NCBI GenBank assembly: GCA_963753345.1
Contig: CAVWBU010000021.1
Location: forward strand, 128,001 to 192,000
Reading direction: 5' to 3'
Length of the DNA stretch: 64,000 nucleotides
Origin: an uncultured Fibrobacterota bacterium
GTDB lineage: Bacteria; Fibrobacterota; Chitinivibrionia; Chitinivibrionales; FEN-1185
Shown: one piece after another, positions 49,884-60,108 of the stretch
Layout: each line of letters begins with the position of its first letter
How positions within the stretch are numbered: position 1 is the stretch's first letter
Notes under the pieces: generated by a model
Seen by the model: only the letters and a program-made list of their open reading frames with translations
Told to the model about the DNA's origin: nothing
The model's database searches: none
Program-made: the position numbers and the translations under genes

Positions 49884-50747
49884 CTAGTCTTGTGACTTCT
49901 CTTGCTCCAAATAATCTTTCAACCCTATTTCCCATTGCGGCATGATATTCCGTCCCGGTTTTTTCAGCCGCTCATTTTCCAATACGCTATTGGCCGGCCT
50001 CGGAGCAGGCCTGGGGAATTCTGCCGTGGTGCAAGGCACAAGGTCAACCTGAATAGAGTACGCTTGCACGATTGCCTTTGCGAAATCAAACCACGAGCAC
50101 CGGCCTTCGTTGGTGCAGTGGTACAGGCCGTAAAGCTTTGTGTCAAGCATCGAAAGGATTTGTTTGCACACGTGCACGGTGTACGTCGGCGTCCCGACCT
50201 GGTCGTTTACCACCTTGATGGTCTCGCCGGTCCCCGCGCGCTTCCGCGCGAGATCGCGGATCGTCTTGAGAAAGTTGCTTCCGCGGGTGCCGTACAGCCA
50301 TGCGATGCGGAATATGAAATGGCGGTCGCACGTTTCCGCGAGCAGCGTTTCCCCGGCGTGCTTTGATTTTCCGTACACCGACAGCGGATTGGGCGCATCG
50401 GTTTCAACATAGGGGGATTTCTTGGTCCCGTCGAAAACGTAGTCGGTGCTGATGTGAACGACCGACGCGCCGCAGGCCGCGGCCGCTCTTCCGATGTTTC
50501 CCACGCCCTCCGCATTGACCGCAAATGCCTTTGCGGATTCATGCTCGCACAGGTCAACCGCGGTGAACGCGGCGCAATTGATAATGGTTTCGGGCAAACA
50601 CCGGTCCGCTGCGGCGCGGACGCTTTCGGGACTGGTGATGTCGATGTCGGGGAAATCAATCCCTGTCACGGCGTGGCCCGCCGCCGCCGCGGCCCGTATC
50701 ATGTCGCTGCCGAGCTGGCCCCGGTGGCCGACAACAAGGATTCTCAC
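49884..50747 (-). CDS. rfbD: dTDP-4-dehydrorhamnose reductase
   Basis: GHRGQLG, HISTDYVFDG, YGKSK, VNDQVGTPT, APRP. Confidence 0.95.
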   Translation of the reverse strand: MRILVVGHRGQLGSDMIRAAAAAGHAVTGIDFPDIDITSPESVRAAADRCLPETIINCAAFTAVDLCEHESAKAFAVNAEGVGNIGRAAAACGASVVHISTDYVFDGTKKSPYVETDAPNPLSVYGKSKHAGETLLAETCDRHFIFRIAWLYGTRGSNFLKTIRDLARKRAGTGETIKVVNDQVGTPTYTVHVCKQILSMLDTKLYGLYHCTNEGRCSWFDFAKAIVQAYSIQVDLVPCTTAEFPRPAPRPANSVLENERLKKPGRNIMPQWEIGLKDYLEQEKSQD

Positions 50748-50801
50748 GGGAAACAGTGCTCCGTTTCAAATGATCGCGATGCCCGGCGCGGGATGCGCCC
50801 G

Positions 50802-52382
50802 CTATCCCTTCTGCAGCAGCATTTTGCACTCGTCCAGATCGGGATCCAGCGACCCTTTGCCTTCGTGCCAGGTTCGCTTGACTGGAAGAGAGTACTGCCT
50901 GAACTTCCAATTCTGGACCGAGGCGAACTTTGCGTACTGGTCCATGAGCTCCGCGGCGGAAATGTTCGTCTGGATTACGGCAACGAGCTGCTGGGAGAGC
51001 AGAGCGGTGAGCACGATGTTCTTGGTGCTGAGCTGTTCGAAGAGCGCCTTAATCACCCGCAGCTGACGGTCCTTGAAGTCCTCGGCGGTTGAAATGTGCG
51101 GCCGGAGAAACAAACCGACCTGGTCGCCGGAGAGTTTCTGGACCCCTTTTTTCACCTTCAACTCCGCGGCGGCCTTTTCGTCGACATCGACCGTGACCCC
51201 ACCGAGCGTCGCGGCTATGCGGACCATATCGCTCTTTTCCAGCACCGCCTGCTTTGGAACGCGCGTGTTAAGGAGCTGTTCCGCGATCAGGCTCACGTAC
51301 AGGCCGCCTCCGTACAGGAAGGCCTGGCTGAGCGTTGCGCACCCCTGCACGAATTCCTGCACGTCAAGATCCGGAGGGAGATTTACGACCTGGAACGTTC
51401 CCGTCTCATAGTCCGCCGACGCAACGTAATAGACGCTCGGAATGCCGCAGAACACAAAGGTGAAGGGCGTGGCGCGCTGCATGACTTCGGATTTCGCTTT
51501 TGTCAAAACGGAAAAACGGGCGATCGGCCGCATGTCCTGGGTCACGGGCGAAACCTGGAAGGGCCTTCCGTCGCCGAACACCGACGCGCTCTGGCCGGAG
51601 ACCAGGTTGATCGCCTCGTTGCCTTTGACGCGCTCGACCAGGACCTGCCCGTCCATGGCGTTCACGTCGATTTCGTCCGGCTTGACCGCAACGGTGAAGT
51701 CCGCGCCGCTGCCCGCGACCGTGATGGTGACAAGCGACGTTGTGATCCTGAACAGCTCGCTTGCGGAACCGTACACGATCTTGTACCAGACGACGCCCGA
51801 TTTCTGGGTGGGCCAGGTGGTGGTCCTGCCGTCCTCAACCGATGCGACCTTGTCAAACGCTACTTCCGAAGCGCTGTCCAGGTCGATGCGGGAGAACGAG
51901 GAGGCCGACAGCTCGGCCTGCGACTTGTCCGCCGTTATCACGCGGTCGCCCTGGTGAATTTCCATGCCGCTTTCCAGGGGCCTGGTCTGGCCGCCCGAGG
52001 CGGTGACCGAAACGCCGCCGGTATGGAACTCCAGACGGATCCTGTCCGGCAATCTTTTCATGGTGACGGGGTTGGGCATCGTGCCGACCTGCAACTGCTG
52101 GTTGTTGGTGATCTGCCCGGCAAGATCGAACGCGGAAATGTCGGATGTCGGCCGGATGCCCGCGACCTTGAGAATCTCGAAGGGAGTGGTGCCTTGGGGG
52201 ACCCTGTACTCGCCCGGTCTCATCACGTTGCCGGTCACGCTGACGACCCAATTGTCGCCCGTGCCGGGACCGCTCCATCCGAGCGAAGGTGCAAGAATGG
52301 AAAACAGTCTCCACGCGATTCCTGCGGCAAGAAGACCATAGACCGACCAGACGGCAATCTGCTTCCGGGTTTTTCTTGTCAT
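50802..52382 (-). CDS. Membrane protein fusing SLBB, FecR and LCP-like domains
   Basis: VTGNVMRPGEY (SLBB); GDRVIT..SQAEL (FecR); GGVTVDV, KKGVQKLSG, DRQ.RVIKAL (LCP). Confidence 0.65.
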   Translation of the reverse strand: MTRKTRKQIAVWSVYGLLAAGIAWRLFSILAPSLGWSGPGTGDNWVVSVTGNVMRPGEYRVPQGTTPFEILKVAGIRPTSDISAFDLAGQITNNQQLQVGTMPNPVTMKRLPDRIRLEFHTGGVSVTASGGQTRPLESGMEIHQGDRVITADKSQAELSASSFSRIDLDSASEVAFDKVASVEDGRTTTWPTQKSGVVWYKIVYGSASELFRITTSLVTITVAGSGADFTVAVKPDEIDVNAMDGQVLVERVKGNEAINLVSGQSASVFGDGRPFQVSPVTQDMRPIARFSVLTKAKSEVMQRATPFTFVFCGIPSVYYVASADYETGTFQVVNLPPDLDVQEFVQGCATLSQAFLYGGGLYVSLIAEQLLNTRVPKQAVLEKSDMVRIAATLGGVTVDVDEKAAAELKVKKGVQKLSGDQVGLFLRPHISTAEDFKDRQLRVIKALFEQLSTKNIVLTALLSQQLVAVIQTNISAAELMDQYAKFASVQNWKFRQYSLPVKRTWHEGKGSLDPDLDECKMLLQKG

Positions 52383-55300
52383 GGCAGTACTCCGTATTTT
52401 TCGCGGACAATTCGCCATTGACTATTGGTGCGTTGCCAGATAATCGAATAGTGCCGACGGCTGGTGTCCGATCCCGCAATGCAGGTTCCGACGAAGGACA
52501 TCCGGTAAAAGGGCTGTGCCGCGGTGTCTGCCCACATGCTGTCCACATGAAGGTTCTGCACAAAAGGCCCTTGCTTCATTGCGGCGGTCTTTTCGGACAC
52601 CCATTCCCTGAATCCACCGGAAGGATACATGAACCGGGTCGAATCGTAAAAGGAAAAATAGCGCATGGCGTCGCCTTCGTTGAAGGCCTTTTCCCAGAGC
52701 CGCAGGCTGTCGGAAATGGCCGCGAAGAGATCCTGCGGCGTCGCGGCGGCGCCGTCGCGGGCAATGCCTTCCGCAACGGACCGTGCCGGCAGTGAAGACG
52801 AATCGGGGGGGCGGACTTTTTGGCCCGAGGCGATTTCTTCGAGCGACGAGCCCGAGCCTGATCCCGCCCGGCCTTCGGTGGAAAGATATTGGATGTCCGG
52901 TTTTTTGCCGAGATAGGAAATGGCGCGGTTGTGCAACTGAATGCCGAACAGCCTGAGGCCGGTCGGAAGAAGCGGGAGCAGCAGAAAGACCGCGAGCAGA
53001 ACCCAGAATGTTTTCTTGCGCAATAGGTGCTTTGCAAAATTGAGAGCAACGGCCGTGTAATGCGGAAACGAAAAGCGGATCGCCTCCAGGGCGTTTCTCA
53101 TTTTGAGTTCGGCGGCAAGCCCGAATTCGCGCATCGAGAATTTCCTGTCCCTGTCCTGTCCTTCTTCGTAGGCGTACTGGTAGGAATAATACCGGTAATA
53201 GCCGTAGTAGTACGGGTAATATCCGCGGGAATGGGAAATCCCGTTGAGCACCGCGCCCATAATGCTGCAGCCGATACGCTTGAGCTGGCTTTTTGCCTGC
53301 AGCGCGGCCTTGAGCGGCGTCCACAGCGCCCGCACCAGCATGATGCATGCGTCAACCTTCGGCGCCATGCTCAGGCCGTCGCTCACCGGGAGCAGGGCCG
53401 GCGAGTCGATGATGACGTAATCGGCCATGCCGCGCAGCGTTGTGACCAGTTGGTCGAACCGCGCGCTTCCGATGAGTTCCGCGGGGTTCTGCGGATGTTC
53501 GCCGGCCGTGATGACAAGGAGGTTCTCATGCACGGTTTTTTTGAGGACGCCGGCTGCGTCGCTCGCGCCCGTGAGAAAATCGGCCAGGCCGTTCTTCTTG
53601 GGAAGGTTGAACAGGGTGTGCATCTGGGCGCGTCGGAGGTCGCCGTCCACGAGGATCACTTTCTTTCCGTCAAGGGCGAACGTGATGGAGATGTTTGCTG
53701 CCAGCGTCGTTTTCCCTTCGCCCTTCACCGCGCTGCAGATGAGGAAGGTCTTTAGGTTCTGGGTTGCGGCAAGATGCTTGAGGGTCGCGCGAAGGGCGCG
53801 AAAAGGCTCCAGGATGGTTTTCCACTTTGCCGCGGAGCTGTCGATAATGCCTTTGTCCATTTCAATGAGCGGCACGATGCCGAGCAGCGGAACTTCGAGG
53901 CTGCGCTCCACCTGCTGGGGGTCCTTGATCGACTGGTCGAGAAACTCGACGAGAAAGGCGAGCACGATGCCGATGACGATGCCGATGAGCAGGTAGAGCA
54001 GCATGTTGGTGAGGCTCATGCTTGATTTTCCAGAAAGAGGAAGCGGCGCCCATTCCAGGATCTTGAGGTCGGATTCCTGGGAATCCCGCTTGATTTTTGC
54101 CTCCTCGTACCTGCTCTTGAGCAGCTTGAGTATCCCGACCGTGGATTCGGTCTCCCTGGTAAGCTGGGCGAACTGGAGCTGGACCGTGGGCAGCTTGTAG
54201 AGCTCCTGGTCGAATTCCTGGATCATTTTCCCCTGGGCGTCGTGCTTGGTCTCGGCGGCGCTTTTTTCTATGGTGAGGTTGATGAACTCCTGAAGGAGCG
54301 ACTCGCGAATGGGGTTCTTTACCAGCGTGCGCGACTCGGCCTCCTTGGTGATGTCGGTCTTGAGCGCTTCCTTGATCTTGTCGATCTGGTTCTTTATCAT
54401 CCGCACCTTGAAGTGCTCGGGGCTGTATTCTGCCGATGCGCTGTTGAGCTGGAGCTCGAGGTCGGCAAGCTTCGCCTGGAACGGGTTCGAATAGGTAAGG
54501 GACTGGATCACGTTGATGTCCTGCTGGTCTATTTCTTTCCTGATCTGGGAGAGCCGGTTCCTGTTCTCCATCATGTCAAGGTCGGTCTGCTGCAGCGCGA
54601 GTTCCATGTTGGAAAGCTTGGCAACCGTGATGTTCGTCTCCTGCGAAAGCTCCACGGTGCGGTTCTTCTCCTTGAACTCGCGGAGGGCATTTTCTTTATT
54701 GTCAACATCGAGTTCCATTTTGCCTATCTGGTCTTCCAGCTTGGTGATGAGGCTCGTGAGGTCCGAAACGTTCACGTCCCTCATGTAGTCGATGTATTCC
54801 CGGCAGATCTGGTTCACCACGTCCCGTGCGGTTTCCGGCCTGGCATTGCGAAAGACGATGTCGACGATGTCGTTCTGCGTGCCGTTGAACGAGCCGCGCG
54901 TCACCTTGAGCTCCGTCTGGATGTCATCGGTGGTGATGCCGGCGCCGAGGTCCTTGCACACGCGCTTGAGAAGGGTTTCGGACTTGAGCAGCGCGAGGTG
55001 CGTGTTGAACCGCTGCTCGTCGCGGTTAAAGGAACCCTGGGTGCTGATGTTGTCGCTCATGATGTCCTGAAAACCCGGGGAAAACAGCATCCGCGCGTGC
55101 GCGGTGTAAAGCTTCACGGCGCGCACGTATCCGACCAGGGCGAATAGCGCGGCCAGAATGGAGACAAGAATGATAATGTTCTTTCTTCTGACAAGCACGC
55201 CGACATACTGCATGATATCGAACGGCGCGCCGTCTTCGGTCGCCGTTGTTTCCGCGACGGCAGGCGCGGCCGCCAGCTTGACGCCCGGCGTCTCGAACGC

Positions 55301-55615
55301 GACCGGGGCGATTTCCGCGCGCGCAGGGGCGGGTGCGGGGCCGGTGAGCGGAGGTGGAGCCGGAGGCTGATCCAGAAAGGTTGCGGGGGGAGGTTCGGGA
55401 CCAAATCGGGGCGCCGTCTCGGTCGGCTGAGCGGCAGCGGTTTCGGGCGAACGCGGGAACATGCGCGGCCTCACCGGCGAAGGCGCGGGCACTTCCGGGG
55501 TCGCCGCAGGCTCCGGTTCGTTGGTGACGGGCTCGCCGGACGCTGCCTTGGCTTCGTTCAGCTTCTGGATAATGTCGCCCAGCAGGAATTTTCTTTTGCC
55601 CTTTTCTTTCATCAC
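52379..55615 (-). CDS. wzc: Wzc-type polysaccharide co-polymerase/tyrosine kinase with N- and C-terminal extensions
   Basis: Two TMs flanking a coiled coil, GEGKTT, VDGDLRR, IIDSP, Tyr cluster YYPYYYGYY. Confidence 0.85.
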   Translation of the reverse strand: MMKEKGKRKFLLGDIIQKLNEAKAASGEPVTNEPEPAATPEVPAPSPVRPRMFPRSPETAAAQPTETAPRFGPEPPPATFLDQPPAPPPLTGPAPAPARAEIAPVAFETPGVKLAAAPAVAETTATEDGAPFDIMQYVGVLVRRKNIIILVSILAALFALVGYVRAVKLYTAHARMLFSPGFQDIMSDNISTQGSFNRDEQRFNTHLALLKSETLLKRVCKDLGAGITTDDIQTELKVTRGSFNGTQNDIVDIVFRNARPETARDVVNQICREYIDYMRDVNVSDLTSLITKLEDQIGKMELDVDNKENALREFKEKNRTVELSQETNITVAKLSNMELALQQTDLDMMENRNRLSQIRKEIDQQDINVIQSLTYSNPFQAKLADLELQLNSASAEYSPEHFKVRMIKNQIDKIKEALKTDITKEAESRTLVKNPIRESLLQEFINLTIEKSAAETKHDAQGKMIQEFDQELYKLPTVQLQFAQLTRETESTVGILKLLKSRYEEAKIKRDSQESDLKILEWAPLPLSGKSSMSLTNMLLYLLIGIVIGIVLAFLVEFLDQSIKDPQQVERSLEVPLLGIVPLIEMDKGIIDSSAAKWKTILEPFRALRATLKHLAATQNLKTFLICSAVKGEGKTTLAANISITFALDGKKVILVDGDLRRAQMHTLFNLPKKNGLADFLTGASDAAGVLKKTVHENLLVITAGEHPQNPAELIGSARFDQLVTTLRGMADYVIIDSPALLPVSDGLSMAPKVDACIMLVRALWTPLKAALQAKSQLKRIGCSIMGAVLNGISHSRGYYPYYYGYYRYYSYQYAYEEGQDRDRKFSMREFGLAAELKMRNALEAIRFSFPHYTAVALNFAKHLLRKKTFWVLLAVFLLLPLLPTGLRLFGIQLHNRAISYLGKKPDIQYLSTEGRAGSGSGSSLEEIASGQKVRPPDSSSLPARSVAEGIARDGAAATPQDLFAAISDSLRLWEKAFNEGDAMRYFSFYDSTRFMYPSGGFREWVSEKTAAMKQGPFVQNLHVDSMWADTAAQPFYRMSFVGTCIAGSDTSRRHYSIIWQRTNSQWRIVREKYGVLP

Positions 55616-56454
55616 CCGTGCTTTCGCATGTCGTCGAGAATAAGTTCGATGTCTTCTCTGTCGATTTCCGTGAGTTCCTGGGCGAACCCGTAGTTGAGCG
55701 CGAGTTTGCAGAGGCGGTTTATTTCCCGGGGAACCCCGCCGGTGGACCTGAAAATCATTTCGAGCGCGCTGCCGGTGAATATGCCGAGATTGTCGAGCCC
55801 GGCAATCCGGAGCCGGTGCTGGACATACTTGGCCGTGTTGTTGTAATCGAGTGTGTTGAGATGGAACCGCAGGAAGATCCGCTGGTCCACCTGGCGCAGC
55901 GACCGTATCTTTTCCCGCAGCTCCGGCTGGCCCACGAAGAAAATGGTGAGGTAATTCTGGGTTTCCGACGTGATGTTGGTGAGGTTTTTCACTTCGTCAA
56001 GCACCTTATTGTCCATCTGCTGCGCTTCGTCGAAGATGAGGACCAGGTGGCGCTTCTGCTCGTACACCAGGGCTTCGAGTTGCTTCTTGAACATCGACAC
56101 GAGAAGGTATTTGTCGTCCCGCGGCGGCCGTGCCTCCGACGCGGGCCTTAAACCGCGGAACGGGGCCCGGTTGAGAATGTCGAAGAGGATGTCGAGAAAC
56201 GAGAAATCGGAGTTTTCGAACCCTATCACTTCGAAATGCTGGTTGGGCAGGGAACTTTCGAACACGCTCTTGGTGATGGTCTTGCCGCACCCGACTTCGC
56301 CCGTGAGCAGCCCCATGTTCATGTTGCGGTCGTTTACAACATACAGCATTCTGTCGAGGGCTTCCCGGTGGTCGTCGCTTTCGAAGAAAAAACGCGTATT
56401 GCAGACTTCTTCAAACGGTTTTTCCGACAGCTTCCAGAATTTCAAGTATCCCAT
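55612..56454 (-). CDS. ExeA/GspA-type AAA ATPase
   Basis: L.EKPF, HREAL, GEVGCGKT, IFDEAQ, VGQPEL, GVPREIN.LC. Confidence 0.85.
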   Translation of the reverse strand: MGYLKFWKLSEKPFEEVCNTRFFFESDDHREALDRMLYVVNDRNMNMGLLTGEVGCGKTITKSVFESSLPNQHFEVIGFENSDFSFLDILFDILNRAPFRGLRPASEARPPRDDKYLLVSMFKKQLEALVYEQKRHLVLIFDEAQQMDNKVLDEVKNLTNITSETQNYLTIFFVGQPELREKIRSLRQVDQRIFLRFHLNTLDYNNTAKYVQHRLRIAGLDNLGIFTGSALEMIFRSTGGVPREINRLCKLALNYGFAQELTEIDREDIELILDDMRKHG

Positions 56455-56486
56455 GATCAGATTATCCTTGTGAGAGAAAAGCGTTT

Positions 56487-56618
56487 GGTGGGGGAAGTGT
56501 CCCCCTGGCCCCAAGCCTCCTCGTCCCGCGGGACTGCGGGGTCTTGGGGCACACCCCCTCGTGGGTAGCCCCCTAGTAAGTTGATTTGCGAGAAAGAACC
56601 ACTTGCTGGGGGGCACCG
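56487..56618 (-). repeat. Repeat family A, copy 8
   Basis: Reverse complement reads GGTGCCCCCC...GGGGGCTACCCACGAGGGGG-TGTGCCCCAAG...CTTGGGGCCA-GGGGGACACTTCCCCC. Confidence 0.85.
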
Positions 56619-56700
56619 AGAAAGAGAGTTGGAAGTTGACAGTTGAACGTTGAAGGCTGGCGCAAGAAAAAACAGTTGACCGAATAGATTTCTCATGCCG

Positions 56701-56838
56701 CGCGTTAGGTGGACCGGAGGGTGAGCCAGAGCGAATTGCCGGCCGACCCTCGCCGCAGGCGACTGGGGCGGTCCGGCAACGAGGCCGAACGGCCGAGCCC
56801 GCGGGGAGACCGACCCCGCAAAGCGGGGGAACGCCCAA
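56701..56838 (-). repeat. Repeat family B, copy 8
   Basis: Close to B copy 1 (CTCACCCTCCGGTCCACCTAACGCG subtype). Confidence 0.85.
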
Positions 56839-56938
56839 CTTCTTTTCTTGCGTTTTAGAAAAGTATTGCGCATGGATATTCAACCACCCGAAAGATACTT
56901 CCCTGCGGGTGCATACACCAAGAACGCGGCTTCGCGAC

Positions 56939-57640
56939 CTAGTGTTTGGAGAGCGAGTTTACGTAAATGAATATTTCAAGGGAGAGGACGATACAGGTAA
57001 GAACGGTCATGATAAGACCCCAGGGAACTTCGAGACTCTCGGGGACATACATGGCGTCGCCGGGGTACAGGATGTATTTCTTGCTGTCGCGTTTCCCTTC
57101 CGAGCCCCAGAGAATCTTGGAGTCGACGCGGAGGATTGTTCCATCGGCGCGGATGATCCGTATATTCTTCTCCTTGGACTTAATGGTCCCGCCGCACATG
57201 GCGATCGCTTTGAGCACGTCGATGGGCTCGTAGATTTGATACACGCCGGGCGAATGCACCGCGCCCATGACGTAAATCTTGTTCGCGAAATATTCTTCGA
57301 TGGAAACCGAGATGACCGGGCTGTTAACGTACGCGGACAGCTTACCCTCCATAATTTTGACAAGCTGCGCGCAGGTGAGCGACGCGACATCGATTTCGCC
57401 GATCACCGGATAATTGATCTTGCCGTCGGGACGGATCTTGTAGCGGACGGAAAACTCGGGATGTTCCACAACATTGATGCCGATGACGTCTCCGCGCTGC
57501 AGAACGTATTCTTCGGTCTGTCCGTAACAGAAGGAAAGGGCACCTAGCACAAACAGGGCGAACCACGTGCGCTTGGAAAATTGCTGCTGTTTGCCGACAG
57601 GGCATGTCCGCGACACTGGTGCTGCGCATTGAAATGGCAT
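56939..57640 (-). CDS. Polysaccharide export protein (Wza-like, Poly_export plus SLBB)
   Basis: YVLQRGDVI, IRPDGKINYPVIGEI, IYVMGAVHSPGVY, LYPGD; GAGGG SD before the ATG at 57640. Confidence 0.85.
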   Translation of the reverse strand: MPFQCAAPVSRTCPVGKQQQFSKRTWFALFVLGALSFCYGQTEEYVLQRGDVIGINVVEHPEFSVRYKIRPDGKINYPVIGEIDVASLTCAQLVKIMEGKLSAYVNSPVISVSIEEYFANKIYVMGAVHSPGVYQIYEPIDVLKAIAMCGGTIKSKEKNIRIIRADGTILRVDSKILWGSEGKRDSKKYILYPGDAMYVPESLEVPWGLIMTVLTCIVLSLEIFIYVNSLSKH

Positions 57641-57875
57641 TTCACCCTCTTGCATCCCAGTCCTGCAGTGTAAAGGAGAAGAGTGCTCCCACCGGCCGAA
57701 GAAATTGGCAGATAGCACAGATCCTCCGTTTAACGGCTCAGGCGTCAAACGGAAGAAACGAAAGTATAAATTATTTACAAGACTCAATTCAAGCGAAAAA
57801 TCGGAATTCTGCAATCGGGAGACAAAGGCAACGCCCAATTATTCAACAGGTTGCGTTTTGTTTGATAACGGCAGT

Positions 57876-58862
57876 CTATTTGCCGGCTGCCGGGGTATCG
57901 GCCGAGGAAGACGGAGAACCTCCCTGCACAGGCGACGAAAGCGCCGGCTCCGCGGGTTGTGAAAGGTTCTTTTTGATTTCGCCGGGCGAGGAAGGTGTTC
58001 CCATGCTGCCGCCGGCAGCGCCGAGAGAATCGGCCGGGACAGCCACCCGTTTCCGGGCCGGCAGCCTTCTTTTTCCCGCCAAAGGAGCAGGATTTCCGGC
58101 CGTCAGCCGCTCCGTGATGGTTTTCCCGACGGGCTTTTGCGCGGGGAGGCTGTCGCCGGCAACAGCCGGGCCGGCATGCACTGGGTGCTGGGAATCCGCC
58201 GGCGGCGCCGCGTTTTCAGATTTCACCACATGAGAATCAGGCGGATTGACAACAGGGCGCGAAGGGAAGAGCCGCCGGTTGATTGCCAAAGGCAGTTCTA
58301 CGCTGCTATGACGGCCGGCCTTCGAAACAATGACCGTCACGGAGGCGTGGGCGAATGTCATCCAGCAGTACAAAGCGGCCGCTGCCGCCGCGAGCGTGAT
58401 AAGGACCGTGGCGCCGCCTTTCAGCAGTGACCGTGTCTTGACAAAAGAGATAATCCTGCCGGCGACCGCTCCGCCGCCCGCCATCATCCTGCCGTAATTG
58501 CGCTGTAAGGCCAGGCGCACCTGCGATTCGAAATCGGACATGTCGGCCGCCGGGAACGCGTCGGGCGACGGCATGCCCTCTTTGCTTTCCCCGATGTTCA
58601 CCCCTCGCGGCAGGTGCCTTTTCATCTGGCCGTTGTACCATTCGTCAAATGAAACGTTCCCGGGTTTTCCTTTGAAAGCGCTGTGGCTCTTCTTGAAAAA
58701 CGGCACAAGAACTGTTGTTGCGTCGGCGTGACTCTTGCCCGCGTTCCTCAGGGAGACATACGCCGCACGCGCGCGGGAGCCAACAAGCGTGGCAAACGCG
58801 GTGGGATCGCCGCGCGCCGCCAGGTGGGCGAGAAGTTCCTCGGGAGTCTTGATGCCGGTCAT
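57876..58862 (-). CDS. Membrane protein with ECF-sigma-region-2-like N-terminus and Pro-rich C-terminus
   Basis: EELLAHLAARGDPTAFATLV...SFDEW, then one TM helix. Confidence 0.55.
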   Translation of the reverse strand: MTGIKTPEELLAHLAARGDPTAFATLVGSRARAAYVSLRNAGKSHADATTVLVPFFKKSHSAFKGKPGNVSFDEWYNGQMKRHLPRGVNIGESKEGMPSPDAFPAADMSDFESQVRLALQRNYGRMMAGGGAVAGRIISFVKTRSLLKGGATVLITLAAAAAALYCWMTFAHASVTVIVSKAGRHSSVELPLAINRRLFPSRPVVNPPDSHVVKSENAAPPADSQHPVHAGPAVAGDSLPAQKPVGKTITERLTAGNPAPLAGKRRLPARKRVAVPADSLGAAGGSMGTPSSPGEIKKNLSQPAEPALSSPVQGGSPSSSADTPAAGK

Positions 58863-58985
58863 GCAACCAAAATAAATCGTGTAGGTTCGCTTCAGCCGGT
58901 TTTCCTCTGTTGGAGCGATGGCCCAGCATGAGGTATTTTAGCAGTTGCAAACCTAGTGCACTTTTTAATGCGGGGAATTCCGTCG

Positions 58986-60105
58986 ATGCACAATCAAAAG
59001 GCACCTGTCGGCTGGAGCGATGCCGACATCGGATTCATGCAACTGGCCCTGTCTCTTGCCGATAAGGCAAAGGGCGAAACGTTTCCCAATCCTGCGGTGG
59101 GGGCCGTTGTCGTCAAGAAGGGGACCGTTGTCGGAAAAGGCGCGACCTCGCCGTACGGCGGGCCCCATGCCGAGCGCAATGCCCTGGCGCAGGCGGGCAG
59201 GAGAGCGCGTGGCGCAACAATGTATGTGACGCTCGAACCCTGCTGCCATTTCGGCAGGACCGCTCCCTGCACCACTGCGATCATCGATGCAGGCATACGC
59301 AGGGTGGTCGCGTCGGTCCGTGACCCCAACCCGCTTGTCAACGGAAAGGGCATGACCCTGCTCGCAGAAGCCGGAGCCGAGGTTTGCACCGGATTGCTTG
59401 AGCACGAGGCGCACCGGCTCAACGAAGACTTTTTCTTCTGGGTTACGCACCGGCGGCCGTGGGTGAGCGTCAAGCTCGCCCTGACGCTTGACGCCAGGAT
59501 CGCGGACGCGGCCGGCGATTCCCGCTGGATAACGTCGGTGCAATCGAGGGCGTTTGTTCACGACTTGCGGAGGAAACATGCGGCAATCGGCGTCGGCCGC
59601 ACAACGCTTGAAAAGGACGATCCGCGCCTTACCGTCCGCCACGGAAAAACCGGCAACCCGGCCCGCATCGTGTTTTCTTCAAGGGCGTCCGTTCCACCCA
59701 ACAGTTATTTTGTGAGAACTGCGGGAAAAAAGTCGCGGAGCATTCTCGTTGTGCGCGGCGGCCGAAACCGCTCGCGGCACATGCTTGACAACGGAGTGGA
59801 AGATCTGGCGCACCGCCGCAGCCGACGGGAAGGGAAGCCTTCGCGGGTTTCTGAAAACCGCGTACGAAGAGAACATTCCCTCAGTTCTCATCGAGGGCGG
59901 CGGCAGGCTTGCATCGGCCTTTGTGGAGAGCGGGCTTGCGAACAGGGTGTACCTGATGTTCGCGAACAAAATTCTGGGCGGCGGCGCGGAGGGGCTGGCA
60001 TTTGAGAGGCCGCTTGCGCTTTCCCGATGCATATACCTTGATAAAATGGAAATCTCAACATTCGGGGGCGACGTTGTGATCACCGGCGTCCCGGCGAGGA
60101 GATAG
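58986..60105 (+). CDS. ribD: Bifunctional riboflavin deaminase/reductase RibD (frameshift near 59800)
   Basis: PNPAVG, HAE, TLEPCCH.GRT.PC, SRWIT, DDPRLT; LIEGGG in the next frame. Confidence 0.92.
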
Positions 60106-60108
60106 ATC

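Noticed and set aside
58863-58985. FMN riboswitch upstream of the rib operon
   Set aside because: The gap is short and I see no RFN consensus segments.
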